A DNA stretch of 38,822 nucleotides from Candidatus Levyibacteriota bacterium (GTDB lineage: Bacteria; Patescibacteriota; Microgenomatia; Levybacterales; UBA12049), in assembly GCA_016182425.1 (NCBI GenBank), contig JACPGP010000024.1, forward strand, positions 1-38,822, written 5' to 3'. Shown here one piece after another: positions 29,058-36,651 of the stretch. Both the position numbers and the translations under genes were made by a program. The first letter of the stretch is position 1; each line of letters starts with the position of its first letter. The notes beneath the pieces were generated by a model, which was not told the origin of the DNA, searched no databases, and saw nothing but the letters and a program-made list of their open reading frames with translations.

Positions 29058-29096
29058 ATCCTTCGACCCACCAGGGTAGACAGGCAAGCTCAGGAC
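29058..29096. repeat. Nested REP-like palindromic elements
   Basis: ATCCTTCGAC [CCACCAGGGTAGACAGGC] AAGCTCAGGAC. Confidence 0.6.
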
Positions 29097-29146
29097 GAGT
29101 GAGGCCGATGCCTAAGATTCGGGGGTTGATTGGGGAGTAGGAAAGG

Positions 29147-30307
29147 TTAAATTAGGTCAATCCAGTTTTTATTGACGATATTGGCGGAGATAGGGCAGGT
29201 TTTTGAATTGGAAATGAGATAACTTTGATTGATTTGTTTACCAAAGATTTTTTGAGCTTTGACTAAGGATGAAGCGTGAATGGGGCGAATTGTGGCAGTG
29301 GATTTTATTTCGACCAGATCAACTTGTCCGTTGTTTTCCAGAATGAGGTCGACTTCAAGTCCATCTCGGGTGCGGAGGAAATACATTGATGGTTTTTGGC
29401 CATGATGATAGTACTGTTTCCAGTAATCAATGATAATAAAAGTCTCAAAAAGTGAACCAAAATAAGGACTGTTGGTAAGTCCGGCGCTAGAGGTAATTCC
29501 CAAAAGGTGACTGACTAAACCAGTGTCGGTAAAATAAATCTTGGGACTTTTGATTACTCTTTTGCCAATATTTTGGAAATAGGGATAAAGTAAAAAGATC
29601 TGATAACTAGCTTCGAGAAGAGAAAGCCAACGTTTAGCAGTAGGCACGGAAACACCGATTTCTCGAGCAATTGAACTTAGGTCTAAGATTTGACCAGTAC
29701 GAACAGCAACTGATTTTAAGAAAATTTGAAATAAATTTAAATCACCTACTTGACTCAGGTTTCTAATGTCTCTTTCAAGAAAAGTTCTGATATATGAAGA
29801 TTGCCACAGATTGTGATCAATTTTATGATTGTTGGCAACTTCAGGATAATTACCCCGTAAAATAATGCCAGACAAATCGATAGATTTTTTATTGGTACCG
29901 ATGAGTTGTTCTGATAGTGAAAAGGGGAGTAAAGAGAGAATGGCAGCGCGTCCGGCAAGGGATTGGTTGACATGGTGCATTAGAGAAAAATTTTGAGAGC
30001 CGGTGAGAATCCAGCGTCCAGGCTGACGGTGGTCATCAATATCGGTTTTGATATAGGAAAGTAACTCGGGAACATACTGAATTTCGTCGATAATGGCTGG
30101 TTTCTTGATGTTGTTTAAAAAAGTGTGGGGGTCACTTTTTGCTAAAAGTTGGATGTCAGGGTTTTCGAGATTATGATAATCGTATTTTTTGCTAAAAGTA
30201 TTTTTAAGAAGGGTGGTTTTGCCTGATTGACGGGGACCAGTCAAAATTACAGCGGGAAATGTTTTGATTATTTTTTTGATGATATTGGTAATATCTCGGG
30301 GTTTCAT
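29147..30307 (-). CDS. AAA_14 ATPase with DUF4143 (paralog 2)
   Basis: GPRQSGKT, IDEIQ, LTGSQ, SLAGR, PKIYFTDTG and EVDLI..EIK motifs. Confidence 0.92.
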   Translation of the reverse strand: MKPRDITNIIKKIIKTFPAVILTGPRQSGKTTLLKNTFSKKYDYHNLENPDIQLLAKSDPHTFLNNIKKPAIIDEIQYVPELLSYIKTDIDDHRQPGRWILTGSQNFSLMHHVNQSLAGRAAILSLLPFSLSEQLIGTNKKSIDLSGIILRGNYPEVANNHKIDHNLWQSSYIRTFLERDIRNLSQVGDLNLFQIFLKSVAVRTGQILDLSSIAREIGVSVPTAKRWLSLLEASYQIFLLYPYFQNIGKRVIKSPKIYFTDTGLVSHLLGITSSAGLTNSPYFGSLFETFIIIDYWKQYYHHGQKPSMYFLRTRDGLEVDLILENNGQVDLVEIKSTATIRPIHASSLVKAQKIFGKQINQSYLISNSKTCPISANIVNKNWIDLI

Positions 30308-30486
30308 CAGAGTATTATATATCCTGCAAGTTTAATATTCAATGTTAAAATGGTGGGGTTGAATTGGGGATTGGTTGAGGGTAAGGATTGGAGCTTGACT
30401 ACAATAAACCGGAAATCAGGAGCAATAACTTTGGCTAATAAGTTAACAAAGGAGAATTGATGGTGTAGTAGGTTTATCCTATAATC

Positions 30487-30515
30487 TTGACAAAAGGGAT
30501 GGTTTTTGATAGGAT
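30487..30515 (+). promoter_or_regulatory. sigma70-like promoter for unit 3
   Basis: TTGACA-17 nt-TAGGAT. Confidence 0.7.
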
Positions 30516-30572
30516 TATTAAAATAATCAAAGTACGCATCTGCTGTGTATGTATTGATTGTTTTTGGCAACG

Positions 30573-30620
30573 CCCGATGTGAATTGTTCGGGAAGTACAT
30601 TAACAGTCAAAAAGAGTTGT
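30573..30620 (+). promoter_or_regulatory. Unit 3 leader: hairpin, boxA-like GTACATTAACA, left stem arm
   Basis: CCCGA...TCGGG hairpin; boxA-like motif 30595-30605; arm CAGTCAAAAAGAGTTGT at 30604-30620. Confidence 0.65.
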
Positions 30621-30727
30621 AGAGGTTGGGTCAAACCTGCCCTGTAATATGTACAGGGTAAATTTGACTCAACCTCAAAATTTTGAGGATTTTAAACCTG
30701 TCTGATGGACATAAAAAGGAGAATGCC

Positions 30728-31369
30728 ATGATTGAAATACCGGTTTTCGGAACAAATTGTAAAGTACTGAATCATATGTATACATATTTAGTGGTATCGG
30801 TGGTTTTGGCAATTGAGTTGTTCGTTGAAAGTGTGGGATTTAGTTTGAAGCTGGTTGAATTTGTGATCCTGCTGATTTCAGCAGTTGCGCTTATTTACAG
30901 TGAGAGGAGCCCGATTCATAAAGGCGTTAAGGTCATGTGGATTGCGATTGTTTGGTTGAGCTTGTATTTCGGTTATTACATGAGTGGGATTGTAGTAATG
31001 ACTTTTTATGTCTCATTGGGAATTGGTGAAATCATCAACGTGTCACGAGATTACAAGAAGTACTCGAAGATGGCCATTAAAGACTGGGTAATGCTGGTAA
31101 TTGCAGTATCTGCTGTGTTGGTAAAGACCTTGCTTGATAGTTGGTCTATGTACCAAGGTGGAGAATTTATTGCTGCAATACTTATTATTGCGATGGCCTG
31201 GGTCACCATAGTTGGGAAGGATGTTTTTAATCGAAACATTCAAATAACACTGCTGATTCTGTCATTGCCGTTTGTGGGTTCACCGCTTTTTCTATTTGCG
31301 GTCATTGTCACTGTTGCGGTCATCAATGCATCGATACGTTTTGCTCACCATGTTGGTGATATCCAATAA
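30728..31369 (+). CDS. Polytopic membrane hypothetical protein
   Basis: AAAGGAG SD before ATG 30728; about 7-8 hydrophobic segments. Confidence 0.8.
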   Translation: MIEIPVFGTNCKVLNHMYTYLVVSVVLAIELFVESVGFSLKLVEFVILLISAVALIYSERSPIHKGVKVMWIAIVWLSLYFGYYMSGIVVMTFYVSLGIGEIINVSRDYKKYSKMAIKDWVMLVIAVSAVLVKTLLDSWSMYQGGEFIAAILIIAMAWVTIVGKDVFNRNIQITLLILSLPFVGSPLFLFAVIVTVAVINASIRFAHHVGDIQ

Positions 31370-31430
31370 CTTTTCATGGAAAGGTACGGGTGAGGACTTT
31401 GTCCTCACCCGCCCATGAAACCACAACACA

Positions 31431-31447
31431 ACAACTCTTTTTGACTG
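31431..31447. repeat. Unit 3 right stem arm
   Basis: ACAACTCTTTTTGACTG is the exact reverse complement of 30604-30620. Confidence 0.92.
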
Positions 31448-31568
31448 AAATTTATAAATAGTTGGGTTAATAATTTGGGAAGTACTTTTTGATTTAGCAT
31501 TTGGTTGGAGATCAAGTTAGTATAAATTGGGCTTGACATGTTGCCTAGTTTAGTATATATTAGGGAAT

Positions 31569-32702
31569 ATGTATATTCAAAGAGAGGTTGAGTCGGCAAT
31601 TAAAAAAAGTCTGTTTAAAGGTAAAATAGTGATTGTTTATGGCGCCAGGCAGGTTGGTAAAACAACTTTGGTAAAAAAAATGGCGGAGAGTTTTGGTAGA
31701 CCTTATGGTTATTTAAATTGTGACGAGCTGGATATTTTAAGTCAATTTCAGAGAGCGGGGAACTCGGTAGCGTTAAGGCAAATGTTGGGACAGAATCAGT
31801 TGATAGTTATTGATGAAGCACAGAGAGTCAAAAATATTGGTCTGAAGTTGAAACTATTGATAGATAATTATCCCGAGATTCAACTGTTGGTGACCGGTTC
31901 TTCTTCTTTTGATTTGGCAAATGAGGTGAGTGAACCGCTGACTGGCAGAAGTGAAGAATTTTGGTTGTTCCCTTTTTCAGTTAGGGAGCTGTGGAAGGAA
32001 AGTGACAGGATAACGCGGGAAAGGCAGCTCGAAAAATGGCTGATTTACGGAAGTTATCCAGGGGTATGGAACCTGACTTCCGAAGAGGAAAGAGCGGTGA
32101 AAGTAAAGCAGTTGGCGGCAAACTATTTGTATAAAGATGTCATAAAGTTTAATGAAATAAAAAACTCTGAACTGGTACTGAAACTGTTGCAAGCCTTAGC
32201 ACTCCAAATAGGTAATGAAGTATCCTATAACGAGTTGGCGAAGACAATTGAGGTTAGTAAACAAACTGTGGCATCGTACGTTGAGTTATTGGAGAAGGCG
32301 TTTGTGATATTTGCTATTAGACCATTTTCGGGGAATATGAGACAAGCTTTGAATAAGAAGAGGAAAATATATTTTTTGGATGTTGGGATTCGGAACGCAA
32401 TTATAAACAACCTAAACCCAATGTCGATTCGTGATGATGGAGGGAGGCTGTGGGAGAACTTTGTCGTAGCTGAAAAGTATAAACAACAATTGGGACTGGG
32501 GTACAAGACCAATCTTTATTTTTGGAGAACGTATCAGGGTCAAGAAGTTGATTTGGTGGAAGACATTGGGGGAAAGTTGATTGGCTGGGAGATAAAACTT
32601 AAGGGAAAGAGAAACAAACAACCTAAGGACTGGGGGACTTATGAAAATTCAAGCTGGAAGGTGGTTGATAAAGAAAATTTTTGGGAATCGGTAAATTTCT
32701 AA
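31569..32702 (+). CDS. AAA_14 ATPase with DUF4143 (paralog 3)
   Basis: GARQVGKT, IDEAQ, TGSSS, EPLTGR, KIYFLDVGIRN, LWENF and EVDLV..EIK motifs; TTGACA-17-TATATT-7-ATG. Confidence 0.92.
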   Translation: MYIQREVESAIKKSLFKGKIVIVYGARQVGKTTLVKKMAESFGRPYGYLNCDELDILSQFQRAGNSVALRQMLGQNQLIVIDEAQRVKNIGLKLKLLIDNYPEIQLLVTGSSSFDLANEVSEPLTGRSEEFWLFPFSVRELWKESDRITRERQLEKWLIYGSYPGVWNLTSEEERAVKVKQLAANYLYKDVIKFNEIKNSELVLKLLQALALQIGNEVSYNELAKTIEVSKQTVASYVELLEKAFVIFAIRPFSGNMRQALNKKRKIYFLDVGIRNAIINNLNPMSIRDDGGRLWENFVVAEKYKQQLGLGYKTNLYFWRTYQGQEVDLVEDIGGKLIGWEIKLKGKRNKQPKDWGTYENSSWKVVDKENFWESVNF

Positions 32703-32803
32703 AGAGAATTTTAGTTGGTTTGTGCTACAATACTAGGATTAAAAATTAGATTGATTTTAACGTCCAAATTATCCTGGTGAGATCACCTAGGCACGTTAAA
32801 AAA

Positions 32804-32835
32804 GATTGCCACGTCCCTGCGCTCCTCGCAATGAC
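32804..32835. repeat. REP/RPE-like palindrome in the rpsB leader
   Basis: GATTGCCACGTCCCTGCGCTCCTCGCAATGAC; tail TCGCAATGACGT recurs at 36641. Confidence 0.7.
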
Positions 32836-32859
32836 GTGTATTATAAAAAGGATAAATAT

Positions 32860-33810
32860 ATGGCAGACACAAAAAAAAATAAAGGAAGTCAAGCCGCCTC
32901 CGTTAAAACTACGGCGAGCCGCGGAAAAACCGTTAATCGGACTGGTAAGAAGTTGATCGAGAAAGCATTAGTGGTCAAAGCTAAAACAGTAGCCAAGGTC
33001 AATGCTGAAAATATCAAAAAACATAACGAAAAACTGATTAAAGACAAAAAGGAACTGGAGAGAAAAAAAATAGAGGGTGAAACCGCCTACGTGGTTACTT
33101 CGGCGGTCAAACAAGATAAAAAATACGACCTAACTATTGATCTAAAAGACTTGTTGGAAGCGGGTTGCCATCTAGGACACAAAGTCAGCAAGACCCATCC
33201 CAAAGCCAAGGTAAACATCTATATGGCCAAAGACGGAATTCAGATAGTCGATCTTCTCAAAACTAAAACAGCTTTAGAAAAAGCCTGTAATTATATTTAC
33301 AACGCCAGACGAAATGGTAAACAAATAGTGCTCTTGGGCACCAAAAGACAAGCAAGGGAAGTAGTTAAGAGAGTCGCGCTTGATGCTGGAGTGGGGTATA
33401 TAACTGACCGTTGGTTGGGTGGAACCATCAGTAACTGGGAACAAATCAAGAAAAACATCAAAAAATACAATGATATTAAAGATGGTCTTTCGAAAAATAA
33501 ATTCACCGATAAATCTAAAAAAGAACTAGGTGATCTGGCCAAAGAGCAAATCAGACTAGAAAAAATGATTGGCGGTCTGGCAACTACCGAAAAAATGTTT
33601 GACATTTTGATGGTGGTTGATGCTGGCTTTGAAAAAACAGCGTTGAAAGAATGCAAGATGAAAAATGTGAAGACAGTAGCCATTACTGATACTGATTCTG
33701 ACCCACGAAAAGTTGATTTTGCAATTCCGGCTAATGACGACTCGGTCAAATCAATCAATATCATTATTGAAGAAATCGGAAAAGCTATCAAAGCTGCTGG
33801 TACGAAATAG
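32860..33810 (+). CDS. rpsB: 30S ribosomal protein S2 with long basic N-terminal extension
   Basis: LLEAGCHLGH, LLGTKRQA, RWLGGTISNW and DTDSDP...IPANDD motifs. Confidence 0.96.
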   Translation: MADTKKNKGSQAASVKTTASRGKTVNRTGKKLIEKALVVKAKTVAKVNAENIKKHNEKLIKDKKELERKKIEGETAYVVTSAVKQDKKYDLTIDLKDLLEAGCHLGHKVSKTHPKAKVNIYMAKDGIQIVDLLKTKTALEKACNYIYNARRNGKQIVLLGTKRQAREVVKRVALDAGVGYITDRWLGGTISNWEQIKKNIKKYNDIKDGLSKNKFTDKSKKELGDLAKEQIRLEKMIGGLATTEKMFDILMVVDAGFEKTALKECKMKNVKTVAITDTDSDPRKVDFAIPANDDSVKSINIIIEEIGKAIKAAGTK

Positions 33811-33862
33811 AAACTTGAAAATAAGATAAAAAATAAAAATTCAAAAGTAAAAAGTAAAAACT

Positions 33863-34321
33863 ATGGATAATAAACAAATAATTGAATTAGTAAAAAAAAT
33901 TCGTGGCGCCACTGGTTATTCAATTGGTGAAATTAAAATCGCGGTCGAGAAAGCTGAAGGGGATGAGAAAAAGGCCATGGAGTTTTTGAAAGAACTGGGT
34001 ATAAAACAAATGGAAAAAAGAGCCGAGAAGGAAGTCCATCAGGGAAGAGTGGCGACCTATACTCACACTACTGGAAAGATTGGGGTTATGGTTGAGTTGC
34101 TTTGCGAGACTGATTTTGTGGCTAAAAACGAAGAATTTGTTAGTGTAACTAGGGATCTGTGTCTGCAAATTGCGGCAATGAACCCAGCCACTGTTGAAGA
34201 GCTTCTGGAGATGGATTTTGTCAAAGATCCTTCTAAAAAGATCAAAGATCTAGTAACTGCCTTAGTCGGTAAGTTTGGTGAAAATATTAAGATCGGTACA
34301 ATGGCTAGGTTTGAGATATAA
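33863..34321 (+). CDS. tsf: Elongation factor Ts (short form)
   Basis: ELLCETDFVAKN motif; GENIKI...RF C-terminus. Confidence 0.95.
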   Translation: MDNKQIIELVKKIRGATGYSIGEIKIAVEKAEGDEKKAMEFLKELGIKQMEKRAEKEVHQGRVATYTHTTGKIGVMVELLCETDFVAKNEEFVSVTRDLCLQIAAMNPATVEELLEMDFVKDPSKKIKDLVTALVGKFGENIKIGTMARFEI

Positions 34322-34327
34322 TCGACA

Positions 34328-34561
34328 ATGGAGTTGTTTCCTGAGATATTGGATTATGTACCGGATACACGGGAGGAAATAGGTCGAGTGGTGACGGGGG
34401 TGGTGGCGGTTTTGTCAATGAATGCTCAAATGGGTGAAGCGGCAGGAACAATGGTTTGGGCAAAATTGGTGGAGGGTCGGGAGAAACGAACTAAACCGGT
34501 AGTAAGTAGTGTTGGGTTGCGTCAAGACAGTGTAAAAAGTTCTAGTAATTTTGTAGAATAG
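34328..34561 (+). CDS. Hypothetical protein at the position usually held by pyrH
   Basis: 77-aa ORF filling the tsf-frr gap. Confidence 0.5.
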   Translation: MELFPEILDYVPDTREEIGRVVTGVVAVLSMNAQMGEAAGTMVWAKLVEGREKRTKPVVSSVGLRQDSVKSSSNFVE

Positions 34562-34567
34562 GTGTAT

Positions 34568-35119
34568 ATGCTAAATTTTGTAGAAATTAGTTCACGGATG
34601 ACGAGAATTGTGGGATTGTTTGCCGAAGATATTTCATCAATTCGCACCGGACGAGCCACTCCAGGTCTAATTGAAAATGTGGTAGTAACTGTCTACGGAA
34701 CGCAAAAGATGAAGTTGATTGAGCTGGGAACTATTGGTGTACCGGATGTTAGAAGCTTAACTTTTCAACCATGGGATTCGGGACTGATTCGGGAAATTGC
34801 CAATGGAATTGCAGCTGCTGGACTGAATATGAATCCAGCGATTGATGGTCAGCTAATTAGACTATCATTACCAATGTTAACTCAGGAACAAAGAGAGGAT
34901 TATGTCAAATTGTTGGGTCGAAAGCTGGAAGGTGCTCGGGGTATGATTCGGGATGCCAGAGCTGACTTTAGAAAAAAATTAATGGATGCCAAAAACACTA
35001 AGACTATTTCTGAAGATGAATTTAAGCGGGATGAGGGGGAACTTCAGAAGATCACTGACACTTTTATGGGAAAGTTGGAGGAGGTGTCGAAGAAGAAAGA
35101 GGTGGAAGTGAGAGGGTGA
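34568..35119 (+). CDS. frr: Ribosome recycling factor
   Basis: IRTGRATP, QPWD, LTQEQR and ISEDE motifs. Confidence 0.96.
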   Translation: MLNFVEISSRMTRIVGLFAEDISSIRTGRATPGLIENVVVTVYGTQKMKLIELGTIGVPDVRSLTFQPWDSGLIREIANGIAAAGLNMNPAIDGQLIRLSLPMLTQEQREDYVKLLGRKLEGARGMIRDARADFRKKLMDAKNTKTISEDEFKRDEGELQKITDTFMGKLEEVSKKKEVEVRG

Positions 35120-35574
35120 AAACGATAAACGTAAAACGATAAAAGATAAACGAGGAACGAAGGGGGGGTGTAAAATTGTCTGTGATAAATGATTTTTATG
35201 ATCTTGATGCATGGAAAGAATCCCATAAATTAGTGCTAATGATTTATAAATTATTTAGCTCTTTTCCAAGGGAAGAAAAATATGGAATTGTTGACCAGCT
35301 TAGGAGGGCTGTAACATCGATAAGTGCAAATATTGCTGAAGGTTTTGGAAGATACAGTTATAAAGACAGGAATCATTTTAACTATCAGGCCAGAGGATCA
35401 GCCAAAGAAGTCCAAGATTTTTTATTGATATCGAGGGACTTGGGAATAATAGATAAAACAATGTTCAAAGACGTCTGGCAGCAGGTCAAAAAAACAGAAA
35501 TGATAATTAATGGTTTAATTAGATCAACAGATAAACTAAAATAGAGGACGTTTAACGTTTTACATTTATCGTTT
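35120..35574. repeat. 24-nt imperfect inverted repeats flanking the four-helix bundle gene
   Basis: 35120-35143 vs reverse complement of 35551-35574: 22/24 identical. Confidence 0.85.
35176..35544 (+). CDS. Four-helix bundle protein (23S rRNA IVS protein family)
   Basis: 'FP.EEKYG..DQLRRA..SISANIAEGFGR...ARGS..E' signature. Confidence 0.92.
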   Translation: MSVINDFYDLDAWKESHKLVLMIYKLFSSFPREEKYGIVDQLRRAVTSISANIAEGFGRYSYKDRNHFNYQARGSAKEVQDFLLISRDLGIIDKTMFKDVWQQVKKTEMIINGLIRSTDKLK

Positions 35575-35583
35575 ATCGAAAAT

Positions 35584-36639
35584 ATGGATATATTAATTTT
35601 TGTAATAGCACTGTCAATACTAGTTATTGTTCATGAGTTTGGGCATTATTTTGCGGCAAAATTTACCGGAGTAAAAGTTGAAGAATTTGGTCTAGGGTTG
35701 CCGCCAATGATATGGGGTAAAAAAATTGGCCAAACTATTTGGAGTTTGAACTGGTTGCCGATTGGTGGATTTTGCAAACTGGAGGGGGAGAGCCCTGAGG
35801 ATACCAAAAAAAGTACGACTTCGTTCATGTATAAGAATCCTTGGCAAAAAGGACTGATAGTTTTGGGCGGGGTACTAATGAATATAGTGTTGGCAGTGGT
35901 CATCTTTTCGACAGTGTATACAATTTTGGGTGTACCAACCCAAACAAATAAGGTAAAAGTGATTGGAGTAGTTAAAAATTCGCCAGCAGAAACGGCGGGA
36001 ATTAAGGAAAAAGATTGGGTGTTGTCGGTAAATGATGTTTATATATCAAAGCCGGAAGAGCTAACCAAGGAAGTGATTAAGGATAAGGGTAATGAAACAA
36101 ATCTTTTGATCAATCGTGATGATCAGATACTATCTTTTAAGGTGATGGTTCGTGATAATCCACCGGCAGGTGAAGGAGCAATGGGAGTGGCTATATCAAA
36201 TACGGAAATGACTAAAATTGCTTGGTATGAGTTTTATAAAGGAATTGGAGCCGGGTTTAAAGAGGCCTACTTTTGGGGAAAAATCATACTCGGTGGCGTT
36301 ACTAAAATGATCGGAGGACTGTTGATGGGTAAGGTGCCGTCAGATGTAGCTGGTCCAATAGGAATGTTTGAAGCGACCTCAAGTATAAAAAAGAGTCAGG
36401 GATTTTTGGCGGTGATTCATTTTTTTGGAATTGTGTCGGTCAACTTGGCAGTGGTGAATGTTTTGCCTTTCCCGGCACTTGATGGGGGGAGAATTATATT
36501 TGTACTTTACGAGATGTTTACAAAAAAACGAGCCAATCAAAAGTTTGAGGGTTGGGTGAATAATATTGGGATGATGATTTTGTTGACTTTGATACTAGCG
36601 ATCACAGTTGGGGATGTTGCTAGATTGGTAAAAAGATAA
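35584..36639 (+). CDS. rseP: RIP metalloprotease RseP (M50, PDZ)
   Basis: HEFGH, LPIGGF, PDZ 'SPAETAGI' and NVLPFPALDGG motifs. Confidence 0.93.
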   Translation: MDILIFVIALSILVIVHEFGHYFAAKFTGVKVEEFGLGLPPMIWGKKIGQTIWSLNWLPIGGFCKLEGESPEDTKKSTTSFMYKNPWQKGLIVLGGVLMNIVLAVVIFSTVYTILGVPTQTNKVKVIGVVKNSPAETAGIKEKDWVLSVNDVYISKPEELTKEVIKDKGNETNLLINRDDQILSFKVMVRDNPPAGEGAMGVAISNTEMTKIAWYEFYKGIGAGFKEAYFWGKIILGGVTKMIGGLLMGKVPSDVAGPIGMFEATSSIKKSQGFLAVIHFFGIVSVNLAVVNVLPFPALDGGRIIFVLYEMFTKKRANQKFEGWVNNIGMMILLTLILAITVGDVARLVKR

Positions 36640-36651
36640 TTCGCAATGACG

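Noticed and set aside
28760-29146. Short minus-strand ORFs or a pseudogene in the intergenic gap
   Set aside because: No recognisable motifs or initiation signals.
17800-31447. Reading the three IR pairs as IS/MITE terminal repeats or a single inverton family
   Set aside because: The arms share no sequence, no target-site duplications or recombinase are visible, and each left arm is tied to a boxA-like motif. DNA inversion is disfavoured but not excluded.
33297-33791. Long antisense ORFs (also 22147-22638, 23084-23476, 38314-38688 and others)
   Set aside because: Shadow frames of well-supported genes on the opposite strand.
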